64,000 nt of DNA from an uncultured Verrucomicrobiae bacterium (GTDB taxonomy: Bacteria > Verrucomicrobiota > Verrucomicrobiia > Chthoniobacterales > JAFAMB01), in contig CAVXLD010000003.1 in assembly GCA_963762565.1 (NCBI GenBank), positions 911,672-975,671 of the forward strand, written 5' to 3'. The notes under the pieces were generated by a model. It was not told the DNA's origin. It saw nothing but the letters and a program-made list of their open reading frames with translations, and searched no databases. Shown here piece by piece: positions 18,546 through 29,426 of this stretch (position 1 is the first letter of the stretch; every line of letters begins with the position of its first letter). The position numbers and the translations under genes were made by a program.

Positions 18546-20933
18546 ATGGCCTACCCCTACCAGGACAGAGCGAAAACAGTCTCCGAGCGCGTGAAGGATC
18601 TTTTGGCTCGAATGACCATCGAGGAAAAGATCGCTCAAATGCATGCCTTCTGGCTGATTCTTTCAGAAGACGGCAATCATCGACCTCGCGCCAACGATGA
18701 ATTCACTCGGAGTAGTGATCCGGACCGGATACAGCGGTTGTTGAGTGATGGACTCGGCCAGATCACGCGTCCATTGGGGAGCCATGGGGTTGATGCTCGA
18801 CAAGGAGTTCGAGCACTCAACCGGCTACAACAATTTCTTTGCCAAGAAACGCGTCTCGGTATCCCGGCCATTTCGCATGAGGAATGTCTGAACGGTCTGA
18901 TGGCGCGCGGATCAACTCTGTTTCCCTCTGCACTGGCTTATTCATCGACTTGGAACCCGGAGCTGATTCAGAGAATAGGAGAAATCATCGGACGGGAAGC
19001 GCGCAGTGTCGGGTGTCACCAGGGGTTAGCACCGGTGCTAGATGTTTCCCGGGATGTCCGTTGGGGTCGCACCGAGGAGACCTTCGGCGAAGACCCATAT
19101 CTCGTCGGCGTGCTGGCCACTCGTTATGTGCGCGGATTACAAGGTCAGAGCCGCGATTTTCTGGCCACCTTGAAACATTTCGCCGGGCATTCGTTCAGCG
19201 AAGGCGCCCGAAATCATGCACCAGTCCATTTGGGGTGGCGGGCACTTAACGATATTTTTCTGCTGCCATTCGAGATGGCAGTTAAACAGGCCAATGCCGG
19301 ATCGGTTATGCCAGCCTATCACGATATCGACAATGAACCGTGCCATGGCTCCCGCCGTTTGCTGACCGAAGTGCTGCGCGACCAATGGGGTTTTGATGGG
19401 CTAGTGGTGGCGGACTATGTCGGGATCAGCTTGCTCTATCGCGATCACAAAATCGCGGCTGATTCGGCAGAAGCGGCCGCTCTCGCCTTCAATGCAGGGC
19501 TCGATATCGAATTGCCCGGCGAAGATTGCGCGGTCAATCTTAAGACCGCTCTGGATCGCGGACAGATCAAGCTCGAAAGAATCGATGAGATCGTAGCGCG
19601 GGTGCTAACCGAAAAATTTCGTCTCGGTTTGTTTGAACATCCCTATACAGATGAAGAGCAAATTGCCCTGCGCACCCCGGAGGCGCTCGAGGTCGCCCGC
19701 GAGGTTGCTCGGGAGTCAGTCGTCATTCTCGAAAACAATGGGATTCTTCCGCTTGGACCGAGCAAAATAAAACGGATCGCACTGATCGGCCCGACTGCAG
19801 CCGATCCGATGGCGTTGTTAAGCGGGTACAGTTTCCCGGTGCATCTCATCATTAATGATATGACGGAAGACGCCGGCGACATCGTAACCCCGCTTGTCGC
19901 ATTCCAGGCGGAGTTCGGCACTGCGAATGTTCGTTACACTCAAGGCTGTCCCATCCTGGGAGAACGGCGGGGGGGCGCCCCGGTTTTTCCGGGCGATGTT
20001 ACCGGTGATAACATCCTCGATCGTACCCCTCCCATTTGGCAACGGCTCGATATGATACCGATTGCGGCCGCAAACGCTAAAAGCGCGGACGTGGCGATCG
20101 TGTGCGTGGGCGACCTGGCTGGCCTTTTCCAGACCGGCACCGTCGGTGAAGGCTCCGATACCGATTCCCTCACCCTACCCGGGGTTCAGCAACAACTAGT
20201 CGAGGCAGTGGTCGCCACGGGTACGCCAACTATTGTGGTAATCACGGGCGGCCGTCCTTACAATCTCGGTGGGTTAGAGTCACGCGTTGCCGCTCTGGTG
20301 ATGGCGTTTTCTGGGGGCCAAAGAGGTGGGCAGGGATTAGTGGATGTGCTTACCGGCCGGGTTGAGCCCACCGGACGATTAACGGTTTCAGTCCCGAAAA
20401 GCGCCGGTGCGATGCCTTACTTTTACAACCATAAACTGAAAAGCGCCGGCACGCCGATCGCCTTGCATTTTGGAAGCCGTTACCCGTTCGGTTACGGCCT
20501 TTCCTATACCCAGTTCGAATACCGCGACCTCAAAGTGGCCCAAAATCCGGTGGATATTGAGACCGGCGAAATCGTTCTTTCATTCACTTTGATCAACATC
20601 GGCGAACGGGCCGGAATTGAAGTCCCACAGCTTTACGTTCGCGATTGCCTGGCCTCTGTCGTACGCCCGGTAAAAGAGCTCCGCGCTTTCGGTCGGATTA
20701 GGTTGAGACCCGGGCAAACCGCGGAAGTAACATTTCGCGTCCCAGTGGATATGCTGAACTTCACCGGCATGGCCGGCCAGCGGATTATCGAGCCCGGCGT
20801 TTTCGAACTACAGATCGGCGCTTCCAGCGCCGATATCCGGCTACGGACGGAACTGACAATGACCGGTCAAACCCGCATACTAGGACGAGACTGGCGCATG
20901 GAAAGCTCGTGTGAAATTGAGCAGAGAGGATAG
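18546..20933 (+). CDS. GH3 glycoside hydrolase (beta-glucosidase/xylosidase) with an Fn3-like C-terminus
   Basis: RWGRTEETFGEDP, LKHFAG, WGFDGLVVADY, PFGYGLSYT. Confidence 0.93.
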   Translation: MAYPYQDRAKTVSERVKDLLARMTIEEKIAQMHAFWLILSEDGNHRPRANDEFTRSSDPDRIQRLLSDGLGQITRPLGSHGVDARQGVRALNRLQQFLCQETRLGIPAISHEECLNGLMARGSTLFPSALAYSSTWNPELIQRIGEIIGREARSVGCHQGLAPVLDVSRDVRWGRTEETFGEDPYLVGVLATRYVRGLQGQSRDFLATLKHFAGHSFSEGARNHAPVHLGWRALNDIFLLPFEMAVKQANAGSVMPAYHDIDNEPCHGSRRLLTEVLRDQWGFDGLVVADYVGISLLYRDHKIAADSAEAAALAFNAGLDIELPGEDCAVNLKTALDRGQIKLERIDEIVARVLTEKFRLGLFEHPYTDEEQIALRTPEALEVAREVARESVVILENNGILPLGPSKIKRIALIGPTAADPMALLSGYSFPVHLIINDMTEDAGDIVTPLVAFQAEFGTANVRYTQGCPILGERRGGAPVFPGDVTGDNILDRTPPIWQRLDMIPIAAANAKSADVAIVCVGDLAGLFQTGTVGEGSDTDSLTLPGVQQQLVEAVVATGTPTIVVITGGRPYNLGGLESRVAALVMAFSGGQRGGQGLVDVLTGRVEPTGRLTVSVPKSAGAMPYFYNHKLKSAGTPIALHFGSRYPFGYGLSYTQFEYRDLKVAQNPVDIETGEIVLSFTLINIGERAGIEVPQLYVRDCLASVVRPVKELRAFGRIRLRPGQTAEVTFRVPVDMLNFTGMAGQRIIEPGVFELQIGASSADIRLRTELTMTGQTRILGRDWRMESSCEIEQRG

Positions 20934-20976
20934 CCGCAGAGATAGGAGAAGGAGCCAGGATGGGGCGGGCCTTGGC

Positions 20977-21101
20977 CCGGGAGGGATCGCGTCCCCCGCG
21001 ATCCTTTGTTAACGAAGTCGCGCACGTGTTGTTGTGGACGAAAATACACCTTCGGGTTGTGGCACGTCCTCGCGGCGCGCGGGGGCGCGCGCCCTCCCGG
21101 C
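20977..21101. repeat. REPIN-like doublet (family E), direct repeat of 18371-18497
   Basis: Same orientation, similar along the full ~125 bp. Confidence 0.8.
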
Positions 21102-21213
21102 TCCCCTCCTCGAACTCCTGAACTCCTCTCCGCTTGGGCGTTGCTGTAACGCCCAACCGGTGCTCGGCTCCCTCGCAAAGCAGAGCGTCGAATCCAAGCA
21201 GCTTATGGCCGCA

Positions 21214-24200
21214 TCAAATGTTCCACGAGTTCATGCCGACTAAGTTGCCATTGCTGTCGTAGATCGGTGACCAACCGCTGTAAGGGTCGCTGCCGTTCGG
21301 CACCAGGCCTGGCCAATAGGGCGTACCATTGCTTCCTGGGCCGCCATCGGTAGGATTATTATTATTAGGGTTATTGTTAGTGATTGTCTGTTATTGTTAT
21401 TGTCGCTACCGCCCGTACCACTACCGCCGTTGTTATTAGGATCCCCGTCGTTGTTGGGGCAGGACCCGCCGCCATTCTGACCGCCATTCTGACCACCGCC
21501 CTGATCTCCTTGACCACCACCCTGATCTCCTTGACCGCCGCTCTGTTGATTGCCACTGGGAATGTTGCTCTGCCAGGGACCTTGACCGATTTGGATTGCG
21601 CTGCCAGGGACATTGACCGTTTGTATTGGTTCCCAAGTTACCACCACTCCCGGTATTGGTTCCCCAGTTACCACCACTGCCGTTATTGGTTCCCCAGTTA
21701 CCACCGCTGCCGGTATTGGTTCCCCAGTTACCACCACTGCCGGTATTGGTTCCCCAGTTGCCACCGCTGCCGGTATTGGTTCCCCAGTTGCCACCGCTGC
21801 CGGTATTCGTTCCCCAGTTGCCGCCGCTCCTGAAGTCGTTCCGTTGTAGTCGAGCCCGCTCCGGTCTATTCCGAACGTAGGTCTACCTCCGACGTACGCA
21901 TACAGATTGATCCCGCCTACTTCTCTAATTGGATCGCGATTTAACCAGCGCTTGAGCCCGTTATCGTAGGCGCGAGCAAGAGCAAAATGCAGTCCGCTCC
22001 GTTGATGATAGAACAGTCCTGCATACCCGATATCCGGATGAATCGTTCCATTAAATTCCGTCAATTCTCCATACAAGCCGTAATCAATCTGCGTCTGGAT
22101 CGTGCCAGTTATATCCGTCAAGTTACGGGTGCTACCCAGATGATCTTTCCCATAGAAATAGTCTGTCGCACCTTGCTTAAATCCTTGTGGAAAATATTCT
22201 TTTGTGATCGTACCTTTCGTGGTGCGTTGTTCCGCAAGGTTTCTACCCATCCAGACATACAGAGCGTTGCTGGAGGTCTTACTGTTGGTCGTCTCTGTCA
22301 GCTGTACTAACCGCCCAACGCCGTCATAGGTAAACGCCGTCGAGTTGCCGGTCCCTGCGTAGGCAATTCCGATCAGCCGGTTTGCGCCATCCCAGGTGTA
22401 GGTTAACGCCCCGGTCACCGTCTTCGGATTCGCAGAAACAGCGGCGATACCATTCAACGCATTCCCGTTGGCGTCGTAACCGATCGTGGTGCTACCCGAG
22501 CTTCCTGGAGTGATCGAGGTCACCTGATTCAGGCCATTAACCTGGTAGACGGCGCCTTGGAACGCTCCTAAGGTGCTGCTACTTATGACCTGTTTGAGGT
22601 TAATACCTGGGTCATAAGTATAGTTGCCCTGCCCCAAAGCCAGCCCGGTACCCGCCGTCGCCGTGGCGCTGAACGTCGACAGCTCGTTGTCAGCATCATA
22701 GGTCAAGTTCCAGGTTCCAGTACCATCTGCCGGGTTCGTCTGTTGCCAGCTCAGCATGTTGCCCATGGCGTCATACGTGTATTGATGGCTCAGCGTATTA
22801 CTGCCAGTTACCTGCTGCATCTCTTGCAACCAGAAATTTCCCGTCGCGCCATAGTACTGAAAACCGAACGTCTGTTTGTTCGGCTCGGTCAGCGTCTGCA
22901 GCATTGGAGTGGTACCCACATATTTATACGTCGACGTTCCTAGACCATTCGCCTGCTGCGTGACTCGCCCAATGGCATCGTAGGTGTAGCTTCGTTTATC
23001 CAGGGTACCCGCTGTATCGTAGATCAGATCCTCTACCACACGGCCTAATTGATCGTAGTTATGGTAAATTGTTCCATAACCAGCCGGCCTCACCTCCGCG
23101 TCGAGCTGCAGAGCTCCCAGCTGTCCAACGTTCCAATAACTGTAGGTCGTTGTCCCCGTTCCGTCCGTCATCGAAGCTAAACGCCGGAAGGCATCGTAGG
23201 TGAATGCCACCCCGGGAGTGGGCGCAGCATAAGTGACCTCACGAAGCAAATTATCAACCCCGCGGGTATAGGTGGTAGTTTGATTCTTGGCATCAACCAC
23301 AGAACTTAATCGACCGCCCAAGTCGTAATTGCAGTTCACCGTGGAGTTGTCGGGATAAATCTTTTGGATCAACCGTTCTTCCACGTCTCGCACAAAGGTA
23401 GTCGTGTTCCCATCTCCATCCGTGATCGCATCGAGCGAGCCGCATCCGCAGTAACTGAACTGAGTATCCCGCCCCAGAGGATCAATCACTTCGATCATCT
23501 GTTGCAGTGAATTGTATTTGTAGTGCGTAACGTTGTTCAGTCGATTGGTCCATTGAATCAGGCTCATCGCCTGGTATTGATAACTGTCGCTGGTGCCGTC
23601 CGGGTAACTGATCTTCGTGATGCGGTTCAGGTTGTCATAGCCATAGGTCTTGGTGAACCCGTCCGCGTCCGTATAGGTCAGGACTCTTCCGAAGGTGTCG
23701 TAAGTAAAACTTGCTTGGGTTCCGCTCAAAGCATTGACCACGTTCTGAAGTAGCCGTGCGTGTCGTAATTGTAGGTGGTCACCTCATGTTTGGCATCGGT
23801 GATCTTGGTGACCTCGCCAAAACTATTGTACTTGAAGTCCGTTATCTGGCCCGCTGCATCGGTGATTTGGGTGGGGCGATGCTGGGTGTTATACACCGCG
23901 GACATGGTAGTTTGATAGGTCGATCCATCCCATTGCTGGGTCTGGATTATATCGATCCCGTTCGGCGCGTAGGTGTACTGCGTGCTCCGTCCTGCCGGGT
24001 CTACAACCGCGGTAACGTTGGCCAGAGAATTATAACTGTATTGCGCGAGCTGCGTGGTCCCGCTTGCATCCAGCACTCTGCCAACCAGGGACGGTTTTCC
24101 AATGTAGACCCCGTTCTGGAACGCGGATTGGCCTTGCCCTGGGTAATTCCTCCAGACTCGGGATTCGAGCGCCTTACAGGTAGCTTCTAAAAGGCGCGAA

Positions 24201-26408
24201 GTCGATGCCCCATCAGGCGTATGCTGGAAATGGTAGACCATCGCCTCGGTGTAGACATAGGGCGCTACTGCCATCGCGTGCTGATCCCAGAAGAATGTAT
24301 CCCGGTAATTGAGGTACTCGTTAAAGAGGTCCATCCCCGACGGAACCAGAGAATCGCTAAATGGGTAATTGACATCCTGATTATACTCCACCCGGCTATG
24401 TCCGCCCGCGGGATCATAGATATCCACTGAGCGTCCCGTTCCGATGTCACCAAAGTTCTCAGCGAAATAGAATTGGGTTTTACCGTATGGCGTCGTCAGT
24501 TGATGAACAAGTCCGCCGTCGTACTCGAACTTCGATTGGATACCGACCACGTCCTTCGTACTAGACAACATTAGTGTCCCGTTAACGCTCGTATAAGTTA
24601 AATAAGCCGTGCGCCCGAAGGGGTCTGTCACTGACGTTATTTTGTAGTGGATCTGTTTTCAGCGCGTAATGTAGCTTTGTCACCTGCCCAATCGCGTCTT
24701 TCACACCTACTAACCGGTACTGGCTGTCGTAGGTGAATGTCAGCTTGTTTCCTTGGGGGTCTACGAGCTCGGTCAGGAAGACCTGCCGGCCGGGACCGTT
24801 GACGCCGTTCGGTTGCGCGTAAATCTCGGCCGAGCCGTCCGGAAAGAATCGTTCATAACTAGTGGCGGAGGTCAGCACCAGCGTGGTGTTGCTGACGACA
24901 TCCATGGCGTAAGTTTGGTTTGTCGTATTGTAGCCGCTAAAGGTGAGATAACCGCCACGTGGTGGAAACAGGTTCACATCGGCCCCGGGATTCGTTGGAT
25001 CATCCACTACGTAAGCCATCCAATCATGAACCCAGTTAGGCCCTAGATTCGAAAAGCTGAAGGTAGCAGGCTGGCCGTCCGCGCGTTGTTCATAACGCAC
25101 CGTAAACATCGAAGCAGGACCAACCGGCGGACTATATCCCTCCGGGGTATCGAACACGGTGAGACTAACTGCTTGTAATTTTACGTCGTAGTGAGCCATG
25201 CCCAAGCCGCCACCGCAGCCACAGCCTGGATCATCGCCCCCTTCGCCACCGGGCGCATTGTTGTTCGTCTGGCCGCAGCCCCACACACTGGCGACCTGAT
25301 CAGCCGCGAGGGAATGCCAACCGGCAGGCAATGGTCCTGACGGTACAAGAAAATAGCCGCTGGCTTCTGCATCCAGCGCTTTAGGTGTGACCCAGATATT
25401 GTTGTTGAAGGTGAGATCCTTAGAGAGGTACTTGCCGTTCTTCTCGGTAACCAAGGCCGCGTAGTGCCCCACTTTCCAGTGAATGACCGCCGGTGTAATC
25501 ACCGGTGCGCCGGGGTCGCGTTTGGCAATCTGGTATTTCATACCCGCGGCCAGGGCTAGGTTCTCAACCTGGACTAAGGAACACCCTTTGCTGGTCGATT
25601 CCTCCGCTGCGATCTTCTGGTCACCAGGGCCGGAGAGATGCTCGGTCGAACGAATCTCCGCCAGGGCTAACGGCCCGCAGCGGAAAGAGTGGGCCGGGTC
25701 ATGTTTCATCAGAGCGAGTGCATCCTTCAGATTGGTTACCTGCGCAGCGGCGCCACCTAGGAAATGACGCGAGGAAATCTCGCCCAACAGTTCTTCCAGT
25801 TGGCTGACCCTGCCTAAACGGGCGTACATTCGGCCTAGCTCGGTCACAGTCTGATTAACTAAGGCAACTGCCTCCGGGCCAGTTGCCGTTTTGCCTCCAT
25901 CCCACGCTTGTTCCCAAGCCACCAGGACTTTGGAATAATAACCCTGGAAATAGTAGATCTGGCCTAAGTTATACAGCAGCCCCACTCCCCACCGCGATTC
26001 CGGGTAACGTTCGCAGAAACTCGTCAGCGCCGATACATCGTCGGGATTGGTCCGGCTGGCATATTGGTGCAAAGCAACCGACAATTCCTTGTTCTCCTCC
26101 TTCGCTAAGGAGTCGGACAGCTTAGTCATCGGTACTAACGGCTCGCTAAATAAGCTGCATCGGATGACCTCGTCGTCGGTCGGGGTATCCGAAAGCTTAA
26201 ATCCAGACGGCGCCTCAACCTGTGGTACGGTTCGATTCACCGTCACGGTAGACGCCGGCGAGTTGTCGGTATTTATAGCGACCGATTTTGCTTGTGAATT
26301 TGCAGAATAACTATCCGCCGCTAACGCGTACAGCGGCCAGCCAAACAACGGCTGCGTAAGCATCAGAACAGTCGCTAAACCTCGCAGCGACCAAGAACTA
26401 TTTTTCAT
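21214..26408 (-). CDS. Secreted Rhs/YD-repeat protein: signal peptide, TPR-like, C39-like peptidase, Rhs core, repetitive tail; ~1730 aa, three apparent frameshifts (~24647, ~23749, ~21390)
   Basis: ORFs 24582-26408, 23726-24631 and 21240-23741 join through small indels; CGPLAL..HWKVGHY..D; many YD repeats; DHLGS, RAYD..RWLNRDPI..GGINLYAYV...DRSGL; an alternative frame gives a coherent end ..GWSPIYDSNGNLVGMNSWNI*. Confidence 0.85.
21623..21830. repeat. Seven 30-bp coding tandem repeats (V/A-V/A-TGEPIPA-x)
   Basis: gtattggttccccagttaccaccactgccg units at 21623, 21653 ... 21803. Confidence 0.95.
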
Positions 26409-26591
26409 AGAAAGACAGGGTTGACTTGAAAATTCAGGCAGGGTTCAACGCCTTTATCCAAATAGAAGGAGGAACGGCGTCGCATATACTGGCGAAAATG
26501 ACAAATAACAGATGACAGATGACAAATTTGGCTGACAATCGCGGGTCCGACTCGCCTACGGCAAACCGCTAACCGTTAGCCGCCAACCCGG

Positions 26592-27647
26592 CTAACCTCC
26601 GGTGATTTTGACAATCGCGACGGTCCAATTGTACATCTGGACGATATACGCGTACTTGCCGTTCGGGGTGATTGCCACAACACCGGGCGTTTGGCCGAGC
26701 GTGATAGGGCTCCCTACGATCGCATTGGTCGCAGTGCTGACCATCACAACGCTTTGAGCATTCTGATTAGGCACATAGAGATAAAGACCGTCCGGGGTAA
26801 GAGCGCTTTTTAACCAATAGTTGCCGAGTGTGCTCGTCGTGATTTGCACGGTCGCGGTAACCGTGTTGGTGGCGGTACTGATCACCGAAACCGCACCACT
26901 CCAGCACGTCACATACAGTTTTGTGCCGTCAGGCGAAAGCTTGATATCAGTTGGACCTGAAGCGACCGGTATCGGATCGCCGACGATTAGTTGAGTGGCG
27001 ACATCGATCTTGTCTACTGTGTTATCGGCGTAGTTAACTACGTAGGTGTACTTTCCCTTGTCTGCAAATACGAGACCGGACGGTTGGTCACCCGTCTGGA
27101 CCGGCTGCGGTAACACCGTGTTGTTCTTGAGGTCAATGACGACGCACTGGGCTTGGAAAAGGTCGCTTACCCAAGCCAAGGTGCTGGAAGGATTGATTCC
27201 GATATCATAGGGGTATAGCCCCATCCCCGAGAAGGTTCGGCCCAGGCTGGGGGTCGCGGTTGAAGCACCAACAATCTGGGAAACGTTTCCGGGCAAGGTC
27301 CAAACCCCGCCATTATAGTTGCCAGGGTCGGCCACCAACACCTGTTCTCCGTTCCGGGAGATAGCCAGATACTGTGGATTGCCGTCGAGTGCAATCGTAT
27401 TAGGTGCCACGGTATTCGTTGCTGTATCGATGACGTAAAGGGCATTATACGCGTTCGACGCGACATAGACGTATTTACCGTCCGGGGTTACGGCCATCCC
27501 CGCTGGCAGCGGGATTTCTACTGTTCCAATAACCGTATTGGTGGGTTGTGCGCTCACGGAAGGGATTACGGCTGCCAAGCATGCGGCGGCCGCCAGGGGC
27601 AAAACACTGCGCAGGATGCTGCGCCATCGACCATCTTGTCTTTTCAT
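26592..27647 (-). CDS. Secreted YVTN/YncE beta-propeller (paralog 3)
   Basis: Signal peptide; TPDGKYVYV, VIDTATNTV blades. Confidence 0.9.
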   Translation of the reverse strand: MKRQDGRWRSILRSVLPLAAAACLAAVIPSVSAQPTNTVIGTVEIPLPAGMAVTPDGKYVYVASNAYNALYVIDTATNTVAPNTIALDGNPQYLAISRNGEQVLVADPGNYNGGVWTLPGNVSQIVGASTATPSLGRTFSGMGLYPYDIGINPSSTLAWVSDLFQAQCVVIDLKNNTVLPQPVQTGDQPSGLVFADKGKYTYVVNYADNTVDKIDVATQLIVGDPIPVASGPTDIKLSPDGTKLYVTCWSGAVSVISTATNTVTATVQITTSTLGNYWLKSALTPDGLYLYVPNQNAQSVVMVSTATNAIVGSPITLGQTPGVVAITPNGKYAYIVQMYNWTVAIVKITGG

Positions 27648-27668
27648 AGAAAGGCTGATCTGAGACCA

Positions 27669-27692
27669 CCGCAGAATTCAGGAATTCTGCGG
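27669..27692. promoter_or_regulatory. Perfect 11-bp-arm inverted repeat just upstream of paralog 3
   Basis: ccgcagaattc-ag-gaattctgcgg. Confidence 0.5.
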
Positions 27693-28097
27693 CTACCCGA
27701 AAGAGATAGAGAAACCTCGGCGGATATACTTTGAGAAACGCGATCAGGCGCAACGGCCTCTCAAAAGGGCCGCATCGCAGCAGATGGCGCGTGCATCACC
27801 CATTGCGGAGGGGAGCCGCATTAGAGATCTGCCGACGTAGGATCGAGAAACGGTCTGTTGGGCGCCTCGCTGAAAGGCAGGGGCGACGGCGGCTCCCTAT
27901 GGGCGTGGCCACTGCCGACCAGCCTTCGCCAACTAACGTGTCGAGTAGGCGTTGAGCCCCGGGGCGTCGCGTTTATCCAAACCCGGAAACTGCGAACATT
28001 TTAGGCGTCGAGACCCGCCCCCAACTGCCACCCGGAATGCGACGCCCCTCCGTTCCACACGCCGATTGCGGGCCTTTCATTTATGACCCTAAAGACA

Positions 28098-28130
28098 GAA
28101 GCGAGGCCGCCCCTAGGCATGCCTCGCTTC
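28098..28130 (-). terminator. Hairpin downstream of paralog 2
   Basis: gaagcgaggc...gcctcgcttc; related hairpin at 29365-29398. Confidence 0.5.
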
Positions 28131-28223
28131 GCACAACGACCGATCACTTCTCTCAGTCTTTAGCAACCCGGTGGCCACGACGGCCTCGGCCCGCGGGCGC
28201 GTGACGGCGCCGCCCCAGCGCCT

Positions 28224-29216
28224 TCAGTTGATCTGGATTACCGACACGGTTCCATCGTACTCGTTCGATATGTAGGCGTACCTACCGCTGGGCGTAATTG
28301 CTGCCATGATCGGGACGTTACCGACCGTGATAGGTGATCCCATGAGTTTCCCGGTAACGGTATTCAGCACCACAACCGTATTACCTTCAATTAAGTTGCC
28401 ATTGGATAGCTGCCCAGCGTCCGGCACATAAAGGAATTTCCCGTTTGGAGTCACCGCTGGATAGACCAACAGGTTAGTCCCGTTAGGGCTCGTTACCGAG
28501 ATACTTTTGGTGACGGTATTGCTAGAGGTCGCGATCTCATAGATGGCGTCATTCGCGGCGATGTACACGTTGGCGCCATCCGGTGAAATCGCTATACCCG
28601 TGGCCACCGTAGCGATGGGGATGGTTGTGGACACCGTGTTGTTAGCGGTATCGATAACCGAGACGACGTTGCCATTCACCAGGTAAGCCTCGGTGCCGTC
28701 CGAGGTAAACACTACTTCAGTTGGAGTTCCTCCGACCGAGATCGGATTAAGCACAGTCCCGTTAGAAATCACGGTGACCGTGCCGTCCGAGGCATTAGGA
28801 ACATAGATCAGCGTCCCATTCGGGCTCACCGCTAAGTCATTGGGAATATTCCCGGTCGGATAAGTTGTCGTAATTTTCTTCCTCGACATCGAAATTACAT
28901 CGACAACATTGCCATCATTTGTCGAATAGAGTGTCTTCTCGTCAGGCGAAAACGCCAATCCGTTAGCTCCCGAAGGGTTCTCAACATTCGTGGGGAATGT
29001 AAACGAAACCGTGTTGGTGCTCACGTCGATGGCCGAAATATTGGCGCCGTTTGCGACATAGACATATTTACCACTTGGCCTGGCAATAATTGCCGAGGAC
29101 TGGCTGCCAACAGCGATTGTGGCGATAACAATGTTTTTTAAGTCAACGGTCTCCCTGGCGACAAGGGAGGATAAGCTTGCGCTCGTAATGATAAGAATAG
29201 ATAGAATGGCTTTCAT
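28224..29216 (-). CDS. Secreted YVTN/YncE beta-propeller (paralog 2)
   Basis: MKAILSILIIT signal peptide; YVYVAN, VIDTANNTV, YISNEYDGTVSVI. Confidence 0.9.
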   Translation of the reverse strand: MKAILSILIITSASLSSLVARETVDLKNIVIATIAVGSQSSAIIARPSGKYVYVANGANISAIDVSTNTVSFTFPTNVENPSGANGLAFSPDEKTLYSTNDGNVVDVISMSRKKITTTYPTGNIPNDLAVSPNGTLIYVPNASDGTVTVISNGTVLNPISVGGTPTEVVFTSDGTEAYLVNGNVVSVIDTANNTVSTTIPIATVATGIAISPDGANVYIAANDAIYEIATSSNTVTKSISVTSPNGTNLLVYPAVTPNGKFLYVPDAGQLSNGNLIEGNTVVVLNTVTGKLMGSPITVGNVPIMAAITPSGRYAYISNEYDGTVSVIQIN

Positions 29217-29268
29217 AGTTGTTGATTCGCCTGATTCAGAAATGAGGACCAAATCAAGCGTCAGGCCA

Positions 29269-29297
29269 TACAACGGAGAAAAACGAGCCGGGTTTCA
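29269..29297 (-). promoter_or_regulatory. ECF-type promoter TGAAAC-N16-CGTTGTA
   Basis: tgaaac ccggctcgtttttctc cgttgta, ~53 nt before ATG 29216; identical boxes at 30573-30601. Confidence 0.75.
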
Positions 29298-29364
29298 CAA
29301 AAGATAACAGCCCCTTATCATGTGGCCCTGCGGTGGTTTGGTATCCCGAGGGGACTAGCGCCAG

Positions 29365-29398
29365 AAGCGAGGCACGCTCCCCGCTGCGTGCCTCGCTT
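29365..29398 (-). terminator. Hairpin downstream of paralog 1
   Basis: aagcgaggcacgc...gcgtgcctcgctt 13-bp stem. Confidence 0.55.
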
Positions 29399-29426
29399 TT
29401 CACTAACCAAACGCTAATGCTCTAGC

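Noticed and set aside
21623..21830. CRISPR-like or non-coding repeat
   Set aside because: In-frame 30-bp coding repeats within the Rhs tail, no spacers
23726..24660. Programmed ribosomal frameshifting in the Rhs gene
   Set aside because: No slippery X XXY YYZ sites and the shifts differ in direction; errors or mutations are more parsimonious
27855..27920. c-di-GMP-I riboswitch
   Set aside because: A GAAA-loop hairpin is present but the GCAAA elements are missing and it is antisense to the genes
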